From assembly GCA_965113315.1 (NCBI GenBank), contig OZ220369.1: 64,000 bases of DNA; one strand, 5' to 3'. Below the pieces are notes generated by a model. That model was given only the letters and a program-made list of their open reading frames with translations, did no database searches and was not told where the DNA came from. This stretch comes from Podarcis vaucheri (lineage: Eukaryota). This document shows positions 11,320 through 23,204 of the stretch, piece by piece. The position numbers and the translations under genes are program-made. Within the stretch, counting starts at the first letter, position 1, and each line of letters begins with the position of its first letter.

Positions 11320-12110
11320 TTCTAGCATTCCAGTAAATGCTTCATTTAAGATTAGCAATAATATGAAGGACAATCATACAAGTTCACCTCCTGTGCCTTT
11401 ATCGCTTCTTGAAATAGCGTCTCTTTGTTTTTGTTTTAATCATAATAGCAATAAATTTTTAGGTCATTATCCATATTGTAATTGGACCTATGAGTATGTT
11501 AATGGATCTTCTTGTTTTCTTAATGTTACCACTATGAGTGGTAGGCCAAAAGTCTCAGTTACTTATGTCACAACCTATATGACTTATGAACAACAGGCTA
11601 CATGTATAGATTTTTATGCTTGGTTGGACTGGATGAGAAAGAGCAGTAAATCTGCATATTTGCTTCAATCTGATTTAGGGTTATTCTGTGGCAAATTGGA
11701 CCGAAGCTTTGTTTTTAATTCTATCATCTTTGTTTTAAAAATAATTAACAAAAAAACAAAAAAAAAAGTCAGAAATGAGAGAAGTTGATTTATAAATTTT
11801 TTATGCTTTAAATGTAATCTTTGCCTCTAAAGGTGGAATTTATGTCTTAATTCATTTTCATTGTTGTATGTATATAACTGATCAATCAACCAATATCTCT
11901 GCTATTATTGATTATATGGAACAAATGATAACCCATAATCCTTTGAATCCACCTGAAGGTTTTGATCCATGGGATTGGTTATTTTCTTGGTTACCTAATG
12001 GCTTATGGTTAAGAAATTTATTATTGATTGTAATTGCGTGTATTGTTGATTTTATTATGATGTACTGATTGTATTCAATGCTTGCTTTTTTTTGATTTCC
12101 CAATGTATTG
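11320..12110 (+). pseudogene. env: Decayed env: SU fragment and gamma-type TM
   Basis: N-glycosylation sequons and Cys residues (NWT, NGS, NVT); from 11772 EMREVDL*IFYALNVIFASKGGIYVLIHFHCCMYITD (degenerate ISD, Y-x6-CC for CX6CC); Trp-rich DPWDWLFSWLP and hydrophobic anchor. Confidence 0.75.
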
Positions 12111-12226
12111 CATGGTGGTACCGACCACGGCCCACCACAGGGATTACAAGGGGAAATTATGTTGCAAAATATAAACGCTTAGGTAATGGGAATGCAATTC
12201 TGATTAAGGGTCCCTCTAATAATATA

Positions 12227-12243
12227 AACAAGAAAAGAGGGCG
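12227..12243 (+). promoter_or_regulatory. Polypurine tract
   Basis: aacaagaaaagagggcg immediately before the 3' LTR. Confidence 0.8.
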
Positions 12244-12598
12244 TGTGGGAAAATGATTGCTTGTACATAAGAGCATGAGCAGAGTTCTTATTATCGCAGA
12301 GTGATTTTACAGCACGAGATATTGTTAAGAGCTTGATGAGCATGTGAACACCTCATGCTAGACTAAATGATTGGCTCACGTAGCATAGTACTCTCTTTGT
12401 CTGCGGGCAAGAGCAAGGTTGCATTCCTTTGATTGTTACTTTTGAGTACCAGGCAGAGCAAGCGCTGTGCTGGAGGAGAGAGGATGAATTTTTTTACTGC
12501 GCACAATAAACATTGCATGGCAAAAGCCAAAGCTTTTTCTTCAAGTCATCTTGGTGTGAGACTGATTTTCTTACTGATGTCGAGCTGCCTTCTCGACA
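12244..12598 (+). repeat. 3' LTR
   Basis: Copy of 8490-8844; AATAAA at 12505-12510; followed by TSD gccatc. Confidence 0.95.
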
Positions 12599-13055
12599 GC
12601 CATCTTTGGTGGCAGGTATATGTGGAAATTCACCAGTCAGGTTAAGTAAAAACCCTTAGGTACCTTTTAGGGTAAATGGCTTAGTCAGAGACGTGTGGGA
12701 GAGAGAAAGGGGGGGGGAGGGAGAGAGAGAGAGAGATTTTCCATGCAGTTATTGACATAAGCATATACAAAATGCAGTAAGAATGATGAGTGTAACAAAT
12801 AAAAAAATAGAAACAGAAAATGAGAATACAGATGGGAGGAGGAAACCAGGAAACAACTGAGAATGCAATGCTACATACAATGCTACATACTAGCACCTAT
12901 CCCATAAGAAGAAAAAGTTGAGTCAATTTAGTTCTCAATAAAGTCTCACCACATATTTATCTGCAAAGCAGGGGGTTTAGTTGCCTGTGCAGTTGAGTTA
13001 AAATAGGAGAAAAACTTATACCATGTCAAATTGAAGTGGTCTGTTTTTGACAAAC

Positions 13056-13889
13056 TGTTAAGAACTCTCCGTTTGTGTGTCAGGTGTTTTGACAATGCCA
13101 CAGCCCGTACTTTTGCCATTCCTCTTGAGAAGGAGGATTTTCTATGGGAAAGCCTCTCCTCCTCACGGAGGGGAGGGGTTGTGAGTGGGAACCGTGCCAT
13201 GCCCCCCCCCCGGTGGCCAGCCAATCGGGTGAAGGCTTGGGGGCAGGGTTTAGCTGCTCAAATGCTTCCACAGAAGCGTTTCCCAGCCATTGTGCTGCTG
13301 CTCTTCGCCGGATCACTCACCCATCCTCCCTTAGTTCATTGCTTGGTTCTTGACATTGCTATGGACCTGTGGTTGGTCGCCTTGGTTGGCCAAGGGGCCT
13401 GGTAGGAATTTTTATCCAACTGGCAAATTGGTATCAGCCACTTGGTTTTTCGCCTACCTCGTAGCAAATCGTCACAACTTTTGGGTATTGGCAGTTAGGC
13501 ACTGGAATATGGTTGTGTGTTGGAGGGCAGGGTGTGGCCATTGCCTACCCCTCCATTTTATGGGTATTCCAGTAAAGGAATCCAGCGGTCGTGGATCCTG
13601 TCAGATGCCCTTGCTGGTGGCTAGGGCCATGGCACAACCCCCGGTGACATCAGGGGGAGCTTTCAGTTGTATTTGCATCAACAGGCTCCTCCCACTGGTG
13701 GTTAACCCTTGATGGACTCACCCCTCCCTGAAGGGGTGGAGTCACACTCTATTGTTTTATCCAATACCTAAGCCACTACCTCTCACATGCTGTAATCAAT
13801 AAAGTTGTGGCCTTTTTTAGCCCATTAACCTAATATACTGTGTCCCTGTGTCTTTCTTATCCTCAAGCGGGTGGCGGGTCCTTGAATCA
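13056..13889 (+). mobile_element. Solo LTR, 834 bp (ERV or Gypsy)
   Basis: TGTTAAG...TTGAATCA; 5-bp TSD caaac (13051-13055 / 13890-13894); AATAAA at ~13798. Confidence 0.75.
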
Positions 13890-16555
13890 CAAACTGCTTA
13901 CATTCTGGCTATGGCAAGAAGCATTAACACAAAAGAGTTATGCATGATTTTCTATACTAAGAGATAAGAGGAAGTATAAGTGAGTTGAACTATATCATGG
14001 TTCAGACTCACATGCTCTAAATAACAGCTTTACACACACTATAACTTCAAAGCATATTCAAAGTGGAATCTTTCCTTAGAATAATTCTGGGCACTCTAGT
14101 TTTTCTGAGGGTTGCCACATAGTGTAAATCTGTAAGGGGTAAACTACAGTGTCCAGATTTTTGGGGGGCGGGTGTTATTTGGATGCGCTCTAAATGTTTG
14201 CTTTGTATACAGCCAGGATCACAATTTACCGTACTTGTGTTTCCTTAACCTTTATTGAGTACATGGTGGAAGCTGCTCAGAGATGAACTGGGCAGTCATC
14301 TACCCACCTTCCCACACACAATGAAGCCCTTCTCAAAGTGTTCAGCTACCTCCTCAAGCAGTGTTGGGTGGGAGAGAAAACCTCTGCCTCCTCATCTTTA
14401 CTGGGACTTGCCTAGTTCTTAGAATTTGTCTATTCCCTGCCTATGCCCCAACATTTCCCCAATATTCAAAAGAGGCCAAATTCATACCATCCTAAAACAG
14501 ACCAAATAAACCTCTCCTTCAAATGTTCAACAGAAATACCCTACAAGTGCAAATAGTCTTCAGGGTGAGACAAAGGGGCGCAGAAACCACAGGGACAATG
14601 GGTGGAAGAGCAATAAAACTCTGTCAAGTTTTATGCAAACTATATATCTTTGCACCATAAATCACCAGCATCATCAGTGATTGTGATTAATATTAAATAA
14701 TATCAATACTATCACCAATACTATCACATTACTGATTGGTGATCACTGTGCTCTTCAGCAGAGGGCCTTCTGCAGATACCATCTCATTCCATTCTGGAGG
14801 AATCAGGCCTTTAATATGGGGGCAGCTACCCATCTCTATTGCCCTTTGAGTGCCCATTGGAGACCTTCCTTTTCCAACAACACTTTTAAGTGGATATTCT
14901 TATCCCAGTCTGCATTTGTATTTTGTATTGGATTTGAAATTGTGTATAACGTGTTTGTGCAAATATGTGTGTGTGTGTGTGTGTGTGTGTATGTCTATGT
15001 ATATTTAAATATATATGTTTGTGTGTGTGTGTGTTTTATAGAAAGTGATTCATAAATGCATCAAAAATCCTAACAAACATTGCTTCCTCCTGTTCCTTTC
15101 AACAATTTTGCATTCTCTTACATGCATCCTACAATTGGCTGCTGCTGCTTCAACAGAAATCAGTCTGCATGGGATAAAAATAAAATAAAGAGTTTGCAAA
15201 GTATTCTCAACTAGTAGGACAAAAAGAATAAGCTGTAATCATCTTCAAATCACCGTTTTCATTCGTAAATGCTATGCACCTCCTTTTGTTATGGTAAAGA
15301 GTAAAATCCTGGCAAGCCAAGATGCAAGATTTCTGTATTCATAACAGCATCTGCAAAGATGTTGGAGCCATTTGTTAAAGTCAAGTCAGCAAAAGGACCA
15401 CCTGGAGGAAGGCAATACAAAGACGCAGGAAGAAGTGGAAAATATTGCAGCATTTGGGGCTGGCAAACATTATTGCATCTGTTCCCCCACTCCTGCATAT
15501 ACATTTATTGAATACTTTTGTGAGATCTTTAAGTGAATTATGGCTCCAATAATTTCTAAAATTGTTGGTTGACAATGAACTTGGATCTAAAAAAACAACT
15601 GTATTACAACGTTGTTGTGCTTGACAAATAAATTGAAATGGATTTTGAATACTGTCCTACTGAATTTTGTCCAAATGAAGATTTGGAGGTGAACTTGGAG
15701 GCTTGGAAGGATTTTCGGGATGCAGAAAAAGAGCTATGATAAGCCTAGCACAATTTCTCGAGGGAGATCCTTCAGTGCTTGAATTAAGGCTGTCAGATTC
15801 ATCTGCAGAAACATCATCTATTTGGCCCTGGTGCTTTAGAAGAGGTGTGTGAAACATTTATCCCTCCAGATGCTGCTAAACTACAGTTCCCACCATCTCT
15901 AATTAGTGACCTTGCTTTCTAGGGCAGTTGGGAGTTGTAGTTCAGTAGTGCATGAGGTGACAAAGGCTCCCAACAGTTGCTTTCAAATAAATTCATTATG
16001 GAGGGCTGTGGATGTCTCGTCCTCACTGGTGTCTTGAATCTTGATAGGGTATGAAACTCATTTATTCATATGGAGGTGCTTCATTCATTTAAGAACAAGT
16101 GGAACTGAATGGAGCCCATTTGGCTCCATTTTCATTCATTCCAAAATCAATTAACATAGAAGCCATTTGGGGTGGAGCTTACCATTCTCTGGCTTTAGTA
16201 TAACCAGAGCTGTTGTGAGTGGCAGCCACCTTGTGATTTACCATCAGTGTTCTGGCCATGGCATGGTTCTCGGACATCCTTGGAAAGATGCCAGCCATCA
16301 CTCTCCCCAGAGAAAATCGCATGCCTCCTGGAAGGCTGCAGAATACAGACCACAGGAGGGATGGTTTGAGGTTGAAAGGACACTCCCCAAATCTCTTGTC
16401 CTCTCCAAAATTTAGGCAAGCATGACTAAAGCCCCCCACTCATGAAAATTTTACTGATCTGATAATTTCATAGAATCATAGAATCATAGAATCATAGAGT
16501 TGGAAGAGACCACAAGGGCCATCGAGTCCAACCCCCTGCCAAGCAGGAAACACCA

Positions 16556-18220
16556 TCAGAACACTCCTGACATATGGTTGTCAAGCCTCTGCTTAAAGAC
16601 CTCCAAAGTAGGAGACTCCACCACACTCCTTGGCAGCAAATTCCACTGTCGAACAGCTCTTACTGTCAGGAAGTTCTTCCTAATGTTTAGGTGGAATCTT
16701 CTTTCTTGTAGTTTGGATCCATTGCTCCGTGTCCGCTTCTCCGGAGCAGCAGAAAACAACCTTTCTCCCTCCTCTATGTGACATCCTTTTATATATTTGA
16801 ACATGGCTATCATATCATCCCTTAACCTCCTCTTCTCCAGGCTAAACATGCCCAGCTCCCTTAGCCGTTCCTCATAAGGCATCGTTTCCAGGCCTTTGAC
16901 CATTTTGGTTGCCCTCCTCTGGACACGTTCCAGTTTGTCAGTGTCCTTCTTGAATTGTGGTGCCCAGAACTGGACACAGTACTCCAGGTGTGGTCTGACC
17001 AGAGCAGAATACAGTGGCACTATTACTTCCCTTGATCTAGATGCTATACTCCTATTGATGCAGCCCAGAATTGCATTGGCTTTTTTAGCTGCCGCGTCAC
17101 ACTGTTGGCTCATGTCAAGTTTGTGGTCAACCAAGACTCCTAGATCCTTTTCACATGTACTGCTCTCAAGCCAGGTGTCACCCATCTTGTATTTGTGCCT
17201 CTCATTTGTTTTGCCCAAGTGCAATACTTTACATTTCTCCCTGTTAAAATTCATCTTGTTTATTTTTGCCCAGTTCTCTAATCTGTCAAGGTCGTTTTGA
17301 AGTGTGATCCTGTCCTCTGGGGTGTTAGCCACCCCTCCCAGTTTGGTGTCATCTGCAAATTTGATCAGGATGCCCTTGAGTCCATCATCCAAGTCGTTGA
17401 TAAAGATATTGAATAAGACCGGGCCCAAGATAGAACCCTGTGGCACCCCACTAGTCACTCTTCTCCAGGATGAAGAGGAACCATTGATGAGCACCCTTTG
17501 GGTTCGGTCAGTCAGCCAGTTACAAATCCACTGAGTGGTAGCATAGTCAAGACCGCATTTTACCAGCTTCTTTATAAGAATATCATGGGGCACCTTGTCA
17601 AATGCCTTGCTGAAATCAAGGTAGGCTACATCCACTGCGTTCCCTTCATCTACCAGGCTTGTAATTCTGTCAAAAAACGAGATCAGGTTAGTCTTACATG
17701 ACTTATTTTTCAGAAATCCATGCTGACTATTGGTGATCACAGCATTCCTTTCTAGGTGCTCACAGACTGTTTGCTTAATGATCTGCTCCAGAATCTTCCC
17801 TGCTATTGATGTCAGACTGACTGGGCGGTAATTATTTGGGTCCTCTCTTTTCCCCTTTTTGAAAATAGGGACAACATTTGCCCTCCTCCAGTCTGCCGGG
17901 ACTTCGCCTGTTCTCCAGGAATTCTCAAAGATGACTGCCAGTGGTTCTGAGATCACATCTGCCAGTTCTTTTAATACTCTTGGATGCAGTTCATCTGGCC
18001 CTGGAGACTTGAATACATCTAAACTAGCCAAATATTCTTGTACTATCTCCTTAGTTATTCTGGGCTGTGTTTCCTTTGCTGAATCATTTGCTCCAAATTC
18101 TTCAGGTCGGGCATTGTTTTCTTTATCGGAGAAGACTGAGGCAAAGAAGGCATTGAGGAGTTCAGCCCTTTCTGTGTCCCCTGTTTGCATTTCACCATCT
18201 TCTCCTCTGAGTGACCCCAC
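16556..18220 (-). CDS. CR1 ORF2, reverse transcriptase part
   Basis: [56 protein letters not shown]; 554 aa without stops. Confidence 0.92.
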   Translation of the reverse strand: MGSLRGEDGEMQTGDTERAELLNAFFASVFSDKENNARPEEFGANDSAKETQPRITKEIVQEYLASLDVFKSPGPDELHPRVLKELADVISEPLAVIFENSWRTGEVPADWRRANVVPIFKKGKREDPNNYRPVSLTSIAGKILEQIIKQTVCEHLERNAVITNSQHGFLKNKSCKTNLISFFDRITSLVDEGNAVDVAYLDFSKAFDKVPHDILIKKLVKCGLDYATTQWICNWLTDRTQRVLINGSSSSWRRVTSGVPQGSILGPVLFNIFINDLDDGLKGILIKFADDTKLGGVANTPEDRITLQNDLDRLENWAKINKMNFNREKCKVLHLGKTNERHKYKMGDTWLESSTCEKDLGVLVDHKLDMSQQCDAAAKKANAILGCINRSIASRSREVIVPLYSALVRPHLEYCVQFWAPQFKKDTDKLERVQRRATKMVKGLETMPYEERLRELGMFSLEKRRLRDDMIAMFKYIKGCHIEEGERLFSAAPEKRTRSNGSKLQERRFHLNIRKNFLTVRAVRQWNLLPRSVVESPTLEVFKQRLDNHMSGVF

Positions 18221-18375
18221 TGTTTCTTTGTTCTTCCTTTTGCTGCGAACATACCCATAAAAGCCTTTTTTGTTGCTTTTAACCTCTCTAGCAAGCCTGA
18301 GTTCATTCTGTGCTTTAGCTTTTCTGACTTTGTGTCTACACGTGCTGGCTATTTGTTTGAATTCCTCTTTGGTGC

Positions 18376-19185
18376 TTACCCCCCCCCTTTTCCATTTTTG
18401 TACACATCCTTTTTTAATCTTAACTCAGTTAAAAGTTCTTTAGATAGCCACCCTGGCTTCTTTAGGCACCTTCCATGTTTCCGTCTCATTGGTATTGCCT
18501 GACGTTGTGCTTTTAGTATCTCCCTCTTAACAAACTCCCAGCCATCATGAACTCCCTTTCCTTTTAGTATTGTTGTCCATGGGATCTCACCCAGCACTTC
18601 CCTAAGTTTTATGAAGTCGGCTTTCTTAAAGTCAAGAAATTGAGTCCTAGTATGCTTGGCTGCTCCTTTCCGCTGTATAGTAAACTTCAGAAGAGCATGA
18701 TCACTCGCGCCTAATGATCCTTCCACTTCTACCCCACTAACCAGGTCATCAACATTGGTTAGGACCAGATCTAAAATGGCTGTTCCTCTTGTTGCTTCTC
18801 CCACTTTCTGGACAATGAAGTTGTCTGCAAGGCCAGTGAGGAATCTGTTTGACCTTATGCTCTTGGCTGAGTTTGACGTCCAACAAATATCCGGGTAATT
18901 GAAGTCCCCCATTACTACTATCTCCCTTCCTTTTGCATGCTTGGCCATCTGTTCCAGGAAGGCATCATCTATGTCCTCCGTTTGGCTTGGGGATCTATAG
19001 TAAACTCCCACAATGAGGTCTCTGTTATTCTTCTCTCCCTTAATTTTGACCCAAATGCTCTCACTTTGGCTTTGAGGATCTAAATCTTGGATCTCTTCAC
19101 AGGTATACACATCCCTGACATATAACGCCACTCCTCCTCCTTTCTTGTCTGGTCTGTTTCTCTGAAATAGATTGTATCCCCCCAT
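18376..19185 (-). CDS. CR1 ORF2, APE endonuclease part (5'-truncated, frameshifted from RT part)
   Basis: [39 protein letters not shown] motifs. Confidence 0.88.
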   Translation of the reverse strand: MGGYNLFQRNRPDKKGGGVALYVRDVYTCEEIQDLDPQSQSESIWVKIKGEKNNRDLIVGVYYRSPSQTEDIDDAFLEQMAKHAKGREIVVMGDFNYPDICWTSNSAKSIRSNRFLTGLADNFIVQKVGEATRGTAILDLVLTNVDDLVSGVEVEGSLGASDHALLKFTIQRKGAAKHTRTQFLDFKKADFIKLREVLGEIPWTTILKGKGVHDGWEFVKREILKAQRQAIPMRRKHGRCLKKPGWLSKELLTELRLKKDVYKNGKGGG

Positions 19186-20844
19186 AAATGAAATTTATGA
19201 AATCCCCCCTAATGAAATTTCTTTTCTGATTTATTGAGAGAGAATGGTTGGAGAATGGTGGGGGACACAGAAGGAATTTTCACTAATTATTACTGCCAAC
19301 AGCAGCATAGTGTCAAGAATTTTAGTCCCCTGCTCCAATTGACTTTGAAAAACACACCCATGAGTAAAATTAAGGAAAATCCAAGGGGCAGAAAGTCAAT
19401 CTGAATAATGCCAGATTCTCCATGGCATGTCCTTTTTGGATGTAAACAATAATGACACAACAAGATATGTGCAGCTTGGACCCCCTGTGAGACAATTACA
19501 AACAGCACATTTTTTGACATGTTGTACCATATGTTGGAAACATTTGCTTTCCTCAAGCAAGGCGTCTGACCTGATCCCTGCCATGAAACAGCACCGAGGG
19601 TAGAAGTTTGGTGTCATTTGAATATCAAGAGACCTAAGATATATATTAAATGAAGCAGTTGACAACTTCAAGTAAAATGTAATCTCATTTTTCCCCTTCA
19701 TCTGGTCAATAATAAATGAGTTTTAGAGCTTAAATCAAGACACAAAGGGTTTCTCATGGTACATTATTGATAGAGCACACTTAGTCTAACAACATTTTTC
19801 CAAGGGAAAAAATGTATTATTTACTGCCTCTGTTAATACAAAGCCCAACATAAATAAATAGATTGCCTTTATCTTTTAAAGGAAGAAATCACTTTGAATA
19901 TTCTGTAGGGTGTATTTTAGGAAGGTTGCAGAAGAGAATTACATTTTAAAAAAACTGATTTACTACCCTAATAACTGAAATACGGAGTTTGGCTTTCTGT
20001 TTGTGTGTTTGCTTTCTACACTTGGCAGTCAAATGTAGCTCTTGATATGGTCTCAGTGTCAATAATGGATGCAGCAAGTAACAAGCAAGGTTGCTTTTTG
20101 CAAAGCACTGGGAAAAAAATACATTTCTTTGTTGTAAGAAAATTATCTGGACATTGTAGTAGAAACTGCAATCGTCAGATATAGTGTTATGAAAGTGCAT
20201 TGGCAGGATTTCTTGAAATAAACCACCAATATCGATACACTTGAAAATTATTTTCTTTGTGGCTTCCTCTTACTTTCTAATAATGACTTTGCAGGGTCAG
20301 ACACAAACCATGTTTAAGTGACACAGTTATTGTCATCTCCATGCCTACATCTGCACCTCTAGAAATATGTATTGAAATATGTATTGATTTGTTTTGGATG
20401 TTGTCTGTGATGCCAATAAAGGTTTTACGATATAAGCTCTTACTCTTATGTCAGAAACGGGAGACTGGTCCTTGGGTATGTCCCCAGGCCACACATTCTC
20501 CAAAACCATGCCCATTACAGTTCTCCCTTTGCATACTCCTTGTTTTTGCTTGGCTGGAATCTGACCTTGATGTTAGCTGAGGTTTCTTGTCTGTCTGGAT
20601 GGAAGCTAGAGAGGGATATGTGAGTATGAAAAAAGCAGTCCAGTGTTCAAAAGTAAGATTCACATTGATTGTTCCTCCCACTTGTTCTTCTGTCCTTGCC
20701 CAGCACTGGCATGTCCCCCCCCCCAACAGTTTGCATAGAGGAAAATTTGGCCTTTGGGCTAAAAAAAAGTATTTGGGCTAAATTTGGCTAAAAAAAGGTC
20801 CCCCAACCCCTGAATAATGTGATATCTCTTTGGGTCTGGTTTAC

Positions 20845-20845
20845 G

Positions 20846-20890
<45 letters not shown>
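20845..20890. repeat. (GTT)n microsatellite
   Basis: About 15 perfect units. Confidence 0.95.
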
Positions 20891-20931
20891 TATTAAAAAA
20901 ACCCACCTTCATAATTCATACTTTTTGGACT

Positions 20932-21177
20932 GAAGAAGAGTTTGGATTTGATATCCCACTTTATCACTACCCGAAGGAGTCTCAAAGCGGCTAACAATCT
21001 CCTTTCCCTTCCTCTCCCACAACAAACACTCTGTGAGGCGAGTGGGGCTGAGAGACTTCAAAGAAGTGTGACTAGCCCAAGGTCACCCAGCAGCTGCATG
21101 TGGAATAGCGGAGATGTGAACATGGTTCACCAGATTACAAGTGCACCACTCTTAACCACTACACCGCGCTGGCACTC
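20932..21177 (-). mobile_element. Full-length tRNA-derived SINE (Squam3-like)
   Basis: Minus strand starts gagtgccagcgcggtgtagtggttaagag (A-box); CORE-like ctgggtgaccttgggctagtcac; tail gatatcaaatccaaactcttcttc. Confidence 0.75.
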
Positions 21178-21391
21178 TGAAGTGCAGCTATCCTTTGAAA
21201 TTCTAAATTTGGTAATGCTGTTTTTCTTCTTCAACAACAGCAGCAGCATCAACAGCAAAACTGTGTAAGCATGCATATATTAGAGGAAATTGTGTGAAAG
21301 CAAGACATAGTCAATGAAAATGACAATAATGCACTGTACTGGTAAAAACAGCTAGCAAACTTTTATATTAGGCAAAAATTCATATAAAATA

Positions 21392-21640
21392 CAGTGGTAC
21401 CTTGGTTAACAACCATAATCCGTTCCGGAGGTCTGTTTGTAAACCAAAACAGGTTGTAGCCCAAGGTGTGCTTTCAACAATGGGGCCTCCCCCCAAAAAA
21501 AATTCTTCATAATCCCCCCTCCAAAAAATGGGTTGTAATCCAAAAAAAGGTTGCAAACCGGAACACACACTTCCGAGTTTGACGTGTTTGTAATCCAAAA
21601 TGTAAGCATACCAAGACGTATGCAAACCAAGGTACCACTG
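21392..21640. mobile_element. Tc1/mariner-type MITE
   Basis: TIR cagtggtaccttggtt / aaccaaggtaccactg; TA on both sides. Confidence 0.88.
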
Positions 21641-22911
21641 TATGTATATTAGATGAACTGTGTATTAAATTGCTGATAAATTATTGTGGGTCCTTTTAAT
21701 AAAAAGATCACAAACTGATGCAAAATTGTGGCAAACTGAAAATTGGAAAAATGAGAAACTGAGAGAAACTGAAAATGACAGATTTATCCATCCCTAATCT
21801 TAATTCCCTTCCCCACCCCTGATTTTTACAGTCCAAAACCCCCTTTAACCCAGCCATCAAAACCTCCCACATGTGCCTCTACATTTATTTATGGTGCTCT
21901 CCATATATTTTGAAATATAGCACACATGCTGATGGGCTGATGAGAGTTGTAGCCCAAAACATCTGGAAACCACCAAGCTGGCAAACACTGCTCAAGAGAC
22001 ATAGGAGCAGCCATGGGGATTGTATCAACTGCAGCACTATAGATTCTTCTCCAAGTGCGGTTCTGTTTTTGCTAGTGAGGTGGATAACACATGGAGGCAT
22101 GTCCTCCTCAGTGGTGGTACCCTATTTTCAGAATACCTCTATAGACAGGTTTGACAGGTCTGTCATTTAGATGGTCTTTTTTTAAATCAGCAAGGCTTTG
22201 TAATGGAAAACTAAAGCTGCTATGGGTGCTCTCTTCTGGCTTATACGACATGGTTTCATTTCAGGTTGTTTGCTGCATTGTTATATTTGTGGGCTGTGTG
22301 CTTTTTGTGTGTGTGTGTTTTTGTATATTTATGCTTTACTGCTGTATTGATAATACCGTGAGCCATTCTATAATACATCTTTTTTTAAAAAATCTGTTAT
22401 AGAATATTACACACATGCATTTAAGGGAGTTATAGAATTTGAAGGATGCACTTTGTATTACTCCATATTTACCTTCTAGGATTTGAGTGTTTGATTTACT
22501 TGCATATCTATTCCCAACTGTCAGTGCGGGCAAACCTTTCAAAACTCTCTTCCAAAGTGTGTACAATAAATATCAATCTTCTCTTTCTACAATCACATAT
22601 AATGTTTGCTTGGTCTCCAAAGACATTCCCATACTTTCCTAGCCTGCTTTCACTTACTATATTTTCCCCCAAGTTGCTGCAATACTGAGCAAGTAAATCT
22701 ACCATTATTTGTGGAACATCTCACCCCATCAGATAGCTGCCTTTACTGTGCACAATAGGCAGGAATATACACTCAAACAGGGATTTGGTCATTCCTGTAT
22801 TAAGCATTGCACTATTTTTGGTCTAACCATTTTGTTTTTTATTTTCTTCAGCTTCCCAAGGAGCAATGCAGTTTTCTCCAGACTAAAGAGAGCTCACAGA
22901 AGCAAGTTGGT

Positions 22912-22997
22912 CTAACTTAGTTGGTCTTTAAGGTGCTACTGGAAGGAATTTTTTTATTTTGACTATGGCAGACCAACACGGCTACCTATCTGTAACT
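22912..22997. mobile_element. Penelope-like element terminal fragment
   Basis: Reverse complement nearly identical to 49021-49104; agaagcaa repeated on both flanks. Confidence 0.7.
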
Positions 22998-23204
22998 AGA
23001 AGCAATTGTGTCAATCACCCTCAGCATCGCACCATTCCAGGGTTAGATTAAAGCTACAGCACTTCTTTCTCCTAAGAATGTTCCAGAACATTCAGGAACC
23101 CATTGGATTCCCAAAATCTTCAAGGACAGACCATATTATGGGTCCCCCACCTTTACAAAGGAAAACTGCCATTGTGAAGCCAAAATTCACCAGAAAGTGG
23201 TTTG

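Larger units (their letters stand above)
8490..12598 (+). mobile_element. Internally deleted class II (betaretrovirus-like) endogenous provirus, 4109 bp
   Basis: Two 355-bp TG..CA LTRs; 6-bp TSD gccatc (8484-8489 / 12599-12604); PBS, gag, pol and env remnants; PPT. Confidence 0.95.
16469..19185 (-). mobile_element. Young 5'-truncated CR1 LINE
   Basis: (GATTCTAT)n 3' tail at 16469-16498; ORF2 with APE and RT domains. Confidence 0.95.

Noticed and set aside
16500-18306. Several plus-strand and alternative-frame ORFs over CR1
   Set aside because: Antisense or shadow frames of CR1 ORF2
20932-21177. tRNA-like A/B boxes as tRNA genes
   Set aside because: SINE heads without a complete cloverleaf
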